Counted from the stretch's first letter, positions 24,091-32,206 are shown. The stretch: DNA of 32,735 bases from Methanomicrobiales archaeon (GCA_035310965.1 DATGDI010000041.1:1-32735); one strand, 5' to 3'. Translations and numbers: made by a program. The notes: a model not told the origin generated them from the letters alone.

Positions 24091-25623
24091 TCAGGAGGTC
24101 CGCACGGCGGCCCCGGTATTCCTCGGGGCCGAGATCCAGGCATCTCCGCCGCCGTGCTCCCCGAGGAACTTCTCCGCCGCCCGGAGGATGGCGGGGCCGT
24201 CCGAGTCGGTGACGGCGTAGACCGTCGGGCCGAAGGAGGACATCCCGGCGCAGGCGGCCCCGGCGGCCCTCATTTCCTCCATCAGCCGGGGGATCACCGC
24301 CGGCTGGAGCCCGATCTCGACCCGTTTGAAGCCGAGTTCCTGGATCCGGTTCACCGACCTCCCGAAGAGGTCCAGGTCCCGGTCCACGACCCCCGGGAGC
24401 ATGCGCATGAGGATCTCGTGGCAGGTCTCCCTCACCTCCTCCAGGGGAACGGGGCAGGCCTCGCGGAAGATGGCGAGCTCCTTCCCGCCGCTCGCCCCCG
24501 CCGGGAGGCAGGGGATGGCGAGGACGATCCGCCAGTCGGGGGGGAAATCGTGCCTCGCGATGACCGGGGCGGGACGCACCCCGCCGGATGCGCCCGAGGG
24601 CCGGAAGTCGCTCTTCTCCGCGCCGGGTCCGAAGGCATGTCCCCCATCGATAATGAAGCCTCCCCCCTCGAAGGCCGCGGTCCCGATACCGGAGGTCCCG
24701 CCCCTGCCTACCAGCCGGGCGAGCTCCCCTACAGGGAGGTTCCGGCCGAACAGCTCGCAGATTCCCCGGGCCACGGCGAGGGCAATCTGGGACCCGCTCC
24801 CAAGCCCGACGTGGGAGGGGTAGATCCTCCGGAGGGTGATCTCGATCCCTCCGGCCGCCCGGATCCCCTCGAGGACCCGGGCCGCGGCCTTTTCCGCCGT
24901 CTCCCGGGAACGCCGATCACCCCCCCGCGCGACGGTCTCCCCGGACTGCCTCACGTCGAGAAGGATCCCGGGTTCCTCGAGGGCGATCCCGATGCCCCCG
25001 TCGACCCTCCCGATCCCGCCGTGCATGTCGATGAGCCCCAGGTGGATCCGGGAGGGGGTCTCCACGATCACCCGCCGCTCATCGAGGAAGGCGTGGTACG
25101 GGAACTGCTCCTCGATGGAAATGAGGGGCTCCCCCCGGTGGATGATCTGGTAGCGCCGGGAGAGGAGCGGCTCGTTCCTGAAGACGCCGAAGACCTTCAT
25201 GTGCTCGGGGGAGGCGGGGACGATCCTCGCGTCCAGGATCTCCCGGCGGGCCTCGATGTGGTGGGTGGCGAGGATCCTCCCGATGGGGATGTCCGCCTGC
25301 ATGAGATCCTCCCTGAACTCGGGGGAGAGCCGGCCGAGGGGAGTGTCCGAGACGGCGTAGATCAGGGGAAGGGAGGTCTCGGCGTCCTCGAGGCTCACCA
25401 CCCGGTGGTTCACCGGCTCCCCTTCGGCGACCCGGAGAAGGGCCGCGGACTCGTTCCCGGCGGGGATCACCTCCTGGGAGAGGGTGGTGATCTTCACACG
25501 GCCGCCTGTGATCACCTCCAGGATCCGGGTGACGGAGCCGTCGGTCCCGAGGAGGATCTTCTGCACTCTCGAGAGCCTTCCGATCTCCCGCTCCAGCTCC
25601 CGGATCCGGTCGTGGATTTCCAT
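24091..25623 (-). CDS. fusion protein: N-terminal chorismate-pyruvate-lyase-like (DUF98) domain + C-terminal beta-ribofuranosylaminobenzene 5'-phosphate (beta-RFAP) synthase-family GHMP-like domain
   Basis: N-terminus: KILLGTDGSVTRILEVITG (DUF98/UbiC-like pattern). C-terminus from about residue 185: PSRIHLGLIDMHGGIGRVDGGIGIAL, HVGLGSGSQIALA, GRGGTSGIG, SSFGPTVYA. These are typical of the MJ1427-type beta-RFAP synthase family as I recall it. Confidence 0.82.
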   Translation of the reverse strand: MEIHDRIRELEREIGRLSRVQKILLGTDGSVTRILEVITGGRVKITTLSQEVIPAGNESAALLRVAEGEPVNHRVVSLEDAETSLPLIYAVSDTPLGRLSPEFREDLMQADIPIGRILATHHIEARREILDARIVPASPEHMKVFGVFRNEPLLSRRYQIIHRGEPLISIEEQFPYHAFLDERRVIVETPSRIHLGLIDMHGGIGRVDGGIGIALEEPGILLDVRQSGETVARGGDRRSRETAEKAAARVLEGIRAAGGIEITLRRIYPSHVGLGSGSQIALAVARGICELFGRNLPVGELARLVGRGGTSGIGTAAFEGGGFIIDGGHAFGPGAEKSDFRPSGASGGVRPAPVIARHDFPPDWRIVLAIPCLPAGASGGKELAIFREACPVPLEEVRETCHEILMRMLPGVVDRDLDLFGRSVNRIQELGFKRVEIGLQPAVIPRLMEEMRAAGAACAGMSSFGPTVYAVTDSDGPAILRAAEKFLGEHGGGDAWISAPRNTGAAVRTS

Positions 25624-25645
25624 CGAGCTTCATCTCATGGCTTCC

Positions 25646-25655
25646 TTTATATAAA
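25646..25655 (-). promoter_or_regulatory. TATA box upstream of the 24091..25623 gene (leaderless spacing)
   Basis: TTTATATAAA lies 23-32 nt upstream of the ATG at 25623, inside the 106-nt gap after the radical SAM gene. Confidence 0.45.
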
Positions 25656-25729
25656 CCGATCCAAAAGGGATCCATCCGGGAGTCGCCAGGCCGTATCCGC
25701 GACGGCTCCCGTGAGAAACCAGGGGATCG

Positions 25730-26851
25730 TCAGGGGATGATCTCGCAGCCGTTGTACCGGGGATGGGAGAAATCCGCCATCTCCAGGGTCCCTTCCCGGA
25801 TGAGCCTCCTCACCCGGGGGAGGACACCGGTGAGGCCCCGGTGAAGGTTCTCCACCGTTCCGCAGACCACCCGCTGCAGGTCCTCGGGCCAGGGGCGGAG
25901 GATCCGGGCATAGAGGCACCTCCCCCCGCAGAAGCCCCGGATGGCGCAGTCCGTGCAGAAGGATCCGGTGTCCGACGGCATGGACAGGGCCAGGGGGTCC
26001 GACCACCCGATATGCCCGAGGTAGAAATCCTTCATCCCGGCCATGCAGGGACAGGGGCCGATGGACCCGTCGGTCATGATGGTGAGGTTCGCATGCCCCG
26101 CTCCGCAGCGGAGCGGGCTTTCCCTTCCGGTGAGGAGGTCCTCCATGGGGTCAATGAAGGGGTACCACCTCATGACCTCCCCGGCGGCCTCCATGTGTCC
26201 GACCCAGTCGTCGATCAGGGCCAGCACGCCCGGATTGTAGACCCCTTCCGCCCAGTCGGCAAATCCCACGCTGCCGTTCGCCGGGGAGAGGTCCGCATCG
26301 AGCTGCCAGTGGATGGACGGGAAGGAGAAGTCCCGGTTCCCGGAGAGGAACCGCACCGACGAGGCGATATCGGTCCCCTCGGCCACCGTCATCCTCGCTA
26401 TGATCTCGCCCGGGTATCCTCCCGCCACCACCCTCCTCAGGTTTTCCATGATCCGGCGATAGGTCCCCTCCCCCCGGGATCCATCGGTGACCGCCTGGGG
26501 GCCGTCAACGGAGACCAGGAGGGAATCGATCCGGCCCATCACCGAACGGGGGATCCGGTCGAGGAGGAGCCCGTTTGTCTGGACAAGGAACCGTTTCGCC
26601 GGGGCATGCTCCACCATCTCGGAGACGAGATCCGACCGGAGGAGGGGCTCCCCGCCGTAAAAGATGAGGGAGGCATCCGGATCCTTCTCGAGGAACCCGT
26701 AGAGAAGCCCGGGCTCGTAGCCGAGCTCGACAGGAAGATCGAGGTCGATTCCGGGCGCCTCCTCCCCCGGTCCCGAGGGCTGGAAGGCCCGTCCGCGGCA
26801 GTAGGTGCAGGAAAGGTTGCATTCATCCGTGAGGATTACGTGGTAGTACAC
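25730..26851 (-). CDS. radical SAM enzyme with a C-terminal SPASM-type auxiliary Fe-S domain
   Basis: CNLSCTYC (Cx3Cx2C) at residues 11-18, GGEPLL, SVDG. The C-terminal Cys cluster is CGAG....GSIGPCPC...FCTDCAIRGFCGGRCLYA, typical of SPASM/twitch maturases. Confidence 0.9.
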   Translation of the reverse strand: MYYHVILTDECNLSCTYCRGRAFQPSGPGEEAPGIDLDLPVELGYEPGLLYGFLEKDPDASLIFYGGEPLLRSDLVSEMVEHAPAKRFLVQTNGLLLDRIPRSVMGRIDSLLVSVDGPQAVTDGSRGEGTYRRIMENLRRVVAGGYPGEIIARMTVAEGTDIASSVRFLSGNRDFSFPSIHWQLDADLSPANGSVGFADWAEGVYNPGVLALIDDWVGHMEAAGEVMRWYPFIDPMEDLLTGRESPLRCGAGHANLTIMTDGSIGPCPCMAGMKDFYLGHIGWSDPLALSMPSDTGSFCTDCAIRGFCGGRCLYARILRPWPEDLQRVVCGTVENLHRGLTGVLPRVRRLIREGTLEMADFSHPRYNGCEIIP

Positions 26852-26937
26852 GGGATTCCGCAGGATATTTGGTACCCGGGGAAAAAAAGGTGCCCGGGCG
26901 CAACGGTCATAAGGGAAAAGGGATATTCCTTCCGCAT

Positions 26938-28143
26938 ATGATCACCCTCTCCGATATCCGGCGGGCCAGAGAGAGGATCGCCCCCCACATCATCAGGACA
27001 CCTCTCGTCCCGTCCCCCACTCTCTCCTCCCTGTGCGGGGCCCGGGTGTACCTGAAGCTCGAGACGATGCAGAAGGCCGGATCCTTCAAGATCCGTGGGG
27101 CCATGAACTGTATCCTCTCCTGCACGAGTGGGATCGGCGGAAAGGGGGTCATCGCCGCCTCGGCCGGGAACCATGCCCAGGGAGTTGCCGTGGCCGCGAA
27201 GGCCGCCGGGGTACAGGCGACCGTGGTCATGCCGGTCTGGGCATCGGTCTCGAAGCAGGCGGCGACGCGTTCCTACGGGGCACGGGTGATCCTCTCGGGT
27301 GCGAGCCTGGAAGAGAGCATCCGGTATGCCCGCGAACTCGCGGGTTCGGGGATGACCTACATCCCGGCCTTCGATGATCCCGAGATCATCGCCGGCCAGG
27401 GTACCATCGGCCTCGAGATCCTCGATGACCTCCCGGAGACCGACCTGATCGCGGTACCGGTCGGGGGAGGGGGGCTCATCGCCGGTATCGCGGTCGCGGC
27501 GAAGGGGATCAGGCCCGGGGTCCGGGTCCTGGGGGTCCAGGCGGCGGCCTGCCCGTCCGCCGTGGAGGCGGTGAGGGCCGGGAGGCCGGTGCTCGTGGAT
27601 GCCCGCCCGACCATCGCCGACGGGATCCGGGTCAGGCAGGTGGGGGACCTCACCTTTCCCTTTATCCGGGACCTGGTGGAGGAGATCGTTGCGGTCGAGG
27701 AGGAGGAGATCGCGAAAGCCATGCTCCTTCTCCTGGAGAGGAAACGGGTGGTCGCGGAGGGTGCCGGGGCGGTGACCCTCGCCGCCCTCGCCTCCGGAAG
27801 GCTGAAAGTCCGGGAGGGATCCCGGGTCGTCCTCGTCGTAAGCGGGGGAAACGTGGACACCCCGCTCCTGGACCGGGTGATCCACCAGGGCCTCATCCGG
27901 AACGGGAGGATCCTCCAGGCCGAGGTGGTTCTCGAGGATGCGCCGGGGGCTCTCGCCGGGCTCCTGGGGGTGGTGGCCGGGATAGGCGGAAATATCCTCC
28001 AGATCACCCATCTCCGGGGGGGCCGGGATCTTCCGGTCCAGGCGGTCCGGGTCGCTCTCGACATCGAAACGAGGGACGAGGAACACGGGAGGGAGCTCGT
28101 GAAGGGGATGGAGGGGGCCGGATACCGGGTGGAGAGATTGTAG
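26938..28143 (+). CDS. threonine ammonia-lyase (threonine dehydratase), short form with a C-terminal ACT-like domain
   Basis: The internal ATG at 26938 gives MITLSDIRRARERI..HI.RTPL. It has the PLP-lysine motif E..Q..GSFKIRGA, SAGNHAQGVA and GGGGLI.G. Confidence 0.92.
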   Translation: MITLSDIRRARERIAPHIIRTPLVPSPTLSSLCGARVYLKLETMQKAGSFKIRGAMNCILSCTSGIGGKGVIAASAGNHAQGVAVAAKAAGVQATVVMPVWASVSKQAATRSYGARVILSGASLEESIRYARELAGSGMTYIPAFDDPEIIAGQGTIGLEILDDLPETDLIAVPVGGGGLIAGIAVAAKGIRPGVRVLGVQAAACPSAVEAVRAGRPVLVDARPTIADGIRVRQVGDLTFPFIRDLVEEIVAVEEEEIAKAMLLLLERKRVVAEGAGAVTLAALASGRLKVREGSRVVLVVSGGNVDTPLLDRVIHQGLIRNGRILQAEVVLEDAPGALAGLLGVVAGIGGNILQITHLRGGRDLPVQAVRVALDIETRDEEHGRELVKGMEGAGYRVERL

Positions 28144-28344
28144 CGATCCGGTCACGAGGGTGGAAAGCGAGACAGTCGGTCTCCGGGGTTATTCCTCCGT
28201 TTTGAGCCACCCTATGGGATGAAATGAAACGATGACCACTAATCACACCCGGATCACATATCGGGGTCCAGTCCCCCCACGGGAAGCCTCCCAGCCAGCC
28301 CCAATAACCAGTTCGTTTCCCCAATTGCAGGCAGAAAGGTCCGT

Positions 28345-28358
28345 AAAGTATTTAAACC
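28345..28358 (+). promoter_or_regulatory. TATA-like box for the small basic protein gene
   Basis: AAAGTATTTAAACC lies about 55-65 nt upstream of the ATG at 28412, in a low-GC 268-nt intergenic region. Confidence 0.4.
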
Positions 28359-28400
28359 TTCGAAACGCTAAATCAGTTATACAAACCTAAAATCACATTT

Positions 28401-28406
28401 GAGGAG
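28401..28406 (+). promoter_or_regulatory. Shine-Dalgarno-like ribosome-binding site
   Basis: GAGGAG lies 5 nt upstream of the ATG at 28412. Confidence 0.55.
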
Positions 28407-28411
28407 TAAAA

Positions 28412-28627
28412 ATGGGACAGAAAGTTGGATCTGAAAAGATTAAGCGCGAGAAGGGCTACCTGTACTACCTGGGGAAGGACGGCTACGTCTGGGCCGCTCC
28501 CATGAAGAACAACCCCGGCGGCAGGAAGAAGAAGGTCGGGACCGAGCGTATCCCCAAGGACATGGGGTACCTCTACTACATCGACAAGGCAGGCTTCGTG
28601 GCAAAGGCCAGAATGAAGAACGCCTGA
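28412..28627 (+). CDS. small basic protein with an internal duplication (function unknown)
   Basis: 71 aa. VGSEKIKREKGYLYYLGKDGYV is repeated as VGTERIPKDMGYLYYIDKAGFV. It is Lys/Arg-rich and has no Cys. It has a strong RBS, an AT-rich promoter and an oligo-T tract after the stop. Confidence 0.75.
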   Translation: MGQKVGSEKIKREKGYLYYLGKDGYVWAAPMKNNPGGRKKKVGTERIPKDMGYLYYIDKAGFVAKARMKNA

Positions 28628-28636
28628 ATCTCACCA

Positions 28637-28641
28637 TTTTT
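28637..28641 (+). terminator. oligo-T tract after the small protein gene
   Basis: TTTTT lies 10 nt after the stop, followed by TTT at 28648-28650. Confidence 0.35.
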
Positions 28642-28724
28642 CTTCGGTTTCTCCCGGACCGGATTCACCCGTGACGGTAAGGGCCGTTTCCCCGTGGGTC
28701 ATCGCCATCCTGAAGGGAGGTTTT

Positions 28725-29156
28725 TCAGGCCAGGACGAACTGGACCGCAGTCGGGTATTTCCGGGCTATGGCGTACGCGATGGCCCGGGCGATCCAGAGC
28801 CGTCCATCGGTGAGCCTCCGGCCCTCGCCAAGATCGCCATGGATCTTTAGTGCCCGGACAGCGGTCTCATCGGTGAGGTAGCAGCTGTCCCGGACGTCCA
28901 CGTCCACGAAAAAGAGAAGGGGTATCTTCACGCTCTTCCGGATCTCCTCAGGGAGCCCGGCGGCGAGGGCCGAGAGGACATCGCGGTCAAAGGGGTGCCG
29001 GGCTCCTCCCTTCGTCAATGCCGCAGGCTTCTCTTCAGCGAGGAGGGAGGCGAGGGTTTTACGCTCGGCGACAACGCTGTCGTTGATCCGTGCGGCCTCC
29101 ATGCCCATCCAGCGGGTGAGCACGGACTCCTCGGTGATCCGGGGGCGTCTGGTCAT
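28725..29156 (-). CDS. UPF0216 (DUF61) family archaeal protein
   Basis: RIN.....ERKTLASLLAEEKPA....GG.RHPFDRDVL..LA.GLPEE......IPLLF...........RKYPTAVQF matches the UPF0216 pattern as I recall it. Its ATG overlaps the Lon-like stop (ATGA at 29153-29156). Confidence 0.72.
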   Translation of the reverse strand: MTRRPRITEESVLTRWMGMEAARINDSVVAERKTLASLLAEEKPAALTKGGARHPFDRDVLSALAAGLPEEIRKSVKIPLLFFVDVDVRDSCYLTDETAVRALKIHGDLGEGRRLTDGRLWIARAIAYAIARKYPTAVQFVLA

Positions 29157-31549
29157 CGGCCCGCAGGCTGGAACTCCCGGAGTTTCTCGGCCATCTCGCG
29201 GAGGCGCTTGTCCACCAGGTAGTTCACCGTCCCCTCCTCGAAGGTCCCGTCCTCCCTCCTCTCGCCGGCCGGGACACCGGTGAGGACCTGGATTCCCTCA
29301 TCGATGGTCTTCACGGGGTAGATCCTGAATTTCCCTGCCTTTGCCGCCTCCACCATCTCCTCCTTGAGCATCAGGTTCTGCACGTTGCTCGCGGGTATCA
29401 TGGCGCCCTGCTCTCCGGTCAGGCCCTTCGCCTTGCAGACCTCGTAGAATCCCTCGAGCTTCTCGTTCACGCCGCCGATGGCCTGGACCTCCCCCTTCTG
29501 GTTTACCGAGCCCGTCACGGCGAGGGTCTGCCTGATGGGAAGGCCGGAGAGGGCCGAGAGGATGGCGTAGAGCTCCGTCGAGGAGGCGCTGTCGCCGTCG
29601 ACCCCCCCGTAGCTCTGCTCGAAGACGAGCCGTGCAGAGAGGCTGAAGGGCTTGTCCTGGGCGAATTTGCCGGCAAGGTATCCCCCGAGGATGAGCACCC
29701 CCTTCGTGTGGGTGGGCCCTCCCATGGCCGACTCCCGCTCGATGTCGAGGACCCCGTCCCTGCCCACGCCGATGCTCGCGGTGACCCGGGAGGGGGTGCC
29801 GAAGGCGAAGTCACCGAGGCCCATAACCGAGAGGCCGTTCACCTGCCCGACCTTTGCGCCTGTCGTGTCGATGAGGAAGATGTCCCGCTCGATGAACTCC
29901 TGGATCTTCTGCTGGATGAGGTTTGAGCGGTAGGTCTTCTCGTCGATGGCCTTCATGACGTGCTCTGCCGTCGTATACTCCGCATTCTCCCGGGTGGCAT
30001 AGAAGCTCGCCTCCCGGATGATGTCCGAGACGCTCGCGAAGAGGGTCGAGAGCTTCTTCTGGTCCTCGGCGAGGCGCGAGCCGTACTCGATGATCTTTGC
30101 GACGGCCGTCCCGTCCAGGTGCTTCAGGTTGAACTTCCTGACGAGGGTGCAGATGAAGGCGGCGTACTTCATGGAGTTCTCGTCGTTCCGGTCCATAACG
30201 ACGTCGAAGTCTGCCCTGACCTTGAACAGGTCCTTGAAATCCGGATCCAGGGTGTAGAGGAGCTGGTTGATCTGCGGGGTCCCGATGAGCACGAGCTTCA
30301 CGGAGAGGGGGATCGGCTGGGGCTTCAGGCCCCGGGTGGTGATGAAGCCCATCCTCTCCCCCGGCTCCTCGATGGCGACCTCACCGGTCTTGAGGGCGGT
30401 CTTGATCCCGTCCCAGGAAAAGGGGTTCCTCAGCAGGTCCTCGACCGGGATGACCATGTACCCGCCGTTCGCCTTATGGACCGATCCGGGCCGGATCATG
30501 GTGAAGTCGGTGGACACGATCCCGAACTGGACCTCCTTTTCGAGCTTCCCGAAGAGGTTCTGGTAGGTGGGGTTCTGCTCGAAGATGACGGGTGCCCCGT
30601 CCGGTTTCGAGTTATCAACGATGGCATTCACCTCGTATTTCTTGAAGGGGAGCTCCTTGAAGAAGGCCTGGAGCTGGGGCGGGACCTGCGGTGGCTGCTG
30701 GGGCGCCCCCAGGAACTGGTCGAGGTTATCGAGGATATCGTTCTGGACGGCATCGATGTACTTCAGGATCTCGGGGAGGGAATTGTACTTCTCTTTGAGG
30801 TCGGTGATGAGGTGGCCGATGGCATAGAGGGAGACCTCCCGGTTCAGCTTGTCAACGGCCTCGGCCCCCTTTGAGTCGAGATCCCTGACCTGCCGGAAGG
30901 CATTCCTGAGATCCGAGTTGAGCTTTTCCATCCTCCGCTGGATCTCCGCCTTCGTTTCCTCGGGGAGGGCGACGAACTCCTCCTCGGGGAGGGGTTTCCC
31001 GTCCACGACGGGGATGGTGAGGAGCCCGGCGGGGCTCATCTGGATGACGAAGCCCTGCTCCTGGGCGCTCGCCTGGATCTGCGCAAAGAGCTTTGCCTTC
31101 TCCTCGTCGATGGATCTGACCGTTGCCTCCCTCCGGGTGGCATAGTCCTCGCTCTCGAAGGCCTTGGGAAGGTTCTTCTTCACCTCGTTGATGAAGTCCG
31201 ACATCTCCGCCTTGAACTCCGAGCCCTTCCCGGGGGGGAGCAGTATCGCGGTAGGCTCGTACTGGCTCGTGAAACTGTTCACATAGACCCAGTCGCCGGC
31301 CTTGGGCTTGGTCTTCGCCAGCCGCTCAAGGAAGTCCATGACGGCCGTCTTTCTTCCCGTGCCTGCGATGCCCGCGACATAGATGTTGAAACCGGCCTCC
31401 CTGATCTCAAGGCCGAATTTAAGTGCCCGGAGTGCCCTCTCCTGTCCGATGATCTCCTCGAGGGGCTGGAGGGTGTCCGTCGCGGGGCATTCCTTCCGGC
31501 CGGAGTCATAGGCGTTTCGGAACCTGTCGGCTGGCAGAACCTCGACCAT
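29153..31549 (-). CDS. soluble Lon-like protease (AAA_32/LonC-type N-terminal module + Lon Ser-Lys protease domain)
   Basis: IIGQERALRALKFGLEIREAGFNIYVAGIAGTGRKT. There is a long helical insert and no TM segments. The protease domain has VDGDSASSTE (Ser) and IGGVNEKLEGF (Lys). The first ATG is at 31549 (the track opens at a TTG at 31558). Confidence 0.9.
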   Translation of the reverse strand: MVEVLPADRFRNAYDSGRKECPATDTLQPLEEIIGQERALRALKFGLEIREAGFNIYVAGIAGTGRKTAVMDFLERLAKTKPKAGDWVYVNSFTSQYEPTAILLPPGKGSEFKAEMSDFINEVKKNLPKAFESEDYATRREATVRSIDEEKAKLFAQIQASAQEQGFVIQMSPAGLLTIPVVDGKPLPEEEFVALPEETKAEIQRRMEKLNSDLRNAFRQVRDLDSKGAEAVDKLNREVSLYAIGHLITDLKEKYNSLPEILKYIDAVQNDILDNLDQFLGAPQQPPQVPPQLQAFFKELPFKKYEVNAIVDNSKPDGAPVIFEQNPTYQNLFGKLEKEVQFGIVSTDFTMIRPGSVHKANGGYMVIPVEDLLRNPFSWDGIKTALKTGEVAIEEPGERMGFITTRGLKPQPIPLSVKLVLIGTPQINQLLYTLDPDFKDLFKVRADFDVVMDRNDENSMKYAAFICTLVRKFNLKHLDGTAVAKIIEYGSRLAEDQKKLSTLFASVSDIIREASFYATRENAEYTTAEHVMKAIDEKTYRSNLIQQKIQEFIERDIFLIDTTGAKVGQVNGLSVMGLGDFAFGTPSRVTASIGVGRDGVLDIERESAMGGPTHTKGVLILGGYLAGKFAQDKPFSLSARLVFEQSYGGVDGDSASSTELYAILSALSGLPIRQTLAVTGSVNQKGEVQAIGGVNEKLEGFYEVCKAKGLTGEQGAMIPASNVQNLMLKEEMVEAAKAGKFRIYPVKTIDEGIQVLTGVPAGERREDGTFEEGTVNYLVDKRLREMAEKLREFQPAGR

Positions 31550-31783
31550 AGATATCAACCATCCAATGGGGAATGAAATAACCGATCTCTATAAGAATCC
31601 ATCGGCATTTCGCAAATTACGTGAGGTGGGATGCCTCAATTCCCGGGAACAGGGGGTAGGTTAATATGGAAGATTCGAGAATCTCAGGCTCGGAAAGACC
31701 CCCCGATGTTCCGGCGGGATCTTTAAAAACGGTGGTACTAGGTGGCACGGAGATTTGAGGCCTGTAAAAAGTCGGGAAACCTC

Positions 31784-32173
31784 ATGAAGGTCAAAAAAAA
31801 TCCCGATATGATCAGAACGGAACTGAGGGAAGCGGAGAATGACCTCGAGATCGCGGGAAAGTCCTTCAAGGGTGACAATGACAAATGGGCGGTGAAGCAG
31901 TCCCACCGGTCCCTCCTGCACGTGTTCAGGGCCCTCCTTCTCATGAAGGGGTACGAGGCGAAGGGTGTGGACTGTCTGAAGTACGCCATGGACGAGCTCT
32001 ACGTGAGAAAGGGGGTTTTTTCTGCCGACATCCTCGAGGACTTCGAGTACGGCCGGGAGATCGCGAAGGGGAATGACTGCCTCTGCGTCTATGACCGGAA
32101 CGAGATCGAGGAGATCCTCGCCGTGAACCGGGTCCTCCTCGAGCAGGCGACGGAGATGGCGAAGAAGGCCTGA
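31784..32173 (+). CDS. HEPN-domain protein (PF05168-like)
   Basis: The ATG at 31784 gives MKVKKNPDMIRTELREAENDLEIAGKSF..DNDKWAVKQSHRSLLHVFRALLLMKGYE, the HEPN helical pattern. A TTTAAAAA box lies about 60 nt upstream. The track start at 31742 is a GTG. Confidence 0.65.
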   Translation: MKVKKNPDMIRTELREAENDLEIAGKSFKGDNDKWAVKQSHRSLLHVFRALLLMKGYEAKGVDCLKYAMDELYVRKGVFSADILEDFEYGREIAKGNDCLCVYDRNEIEEILAVNRVLLEQATEMAKKA

Positions 32174-32206
32174 AAACCGGAATATTCAGTCGCGTTCGGC
32201 TCCGGA

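Noticed and set aside
24154-28155. ORFs 24154..25740 (+), 25763..26941 (+) and 26836..28155 (-)
   Set aside because: They are antisense shadows of the beta-RFAP-synthase-like fusion, the radical SAM gene and the threonine dehydratase gene respectively, and have no motifs.
28412-28627. The 71-aa small protein as the precursor peptide of the SPASM radical SAM enzyme
   Set aside because: It lies 1.5 kb away on the opposite strand, with a housekeeping gene in between. It has no Cys or typical leader/core organisation, and it has its own strong promoter and RBS. It looks more like an abundant basic structural or binding protein.
29960-30874. 304-aa plus-strand ORF inside the Lon-like gene
   Set aside because: It is antisense to a gene with clear Lon protease motifs, and its translation is Leu/Asp/Glu/Gly/Arg-rich shadow sequence.
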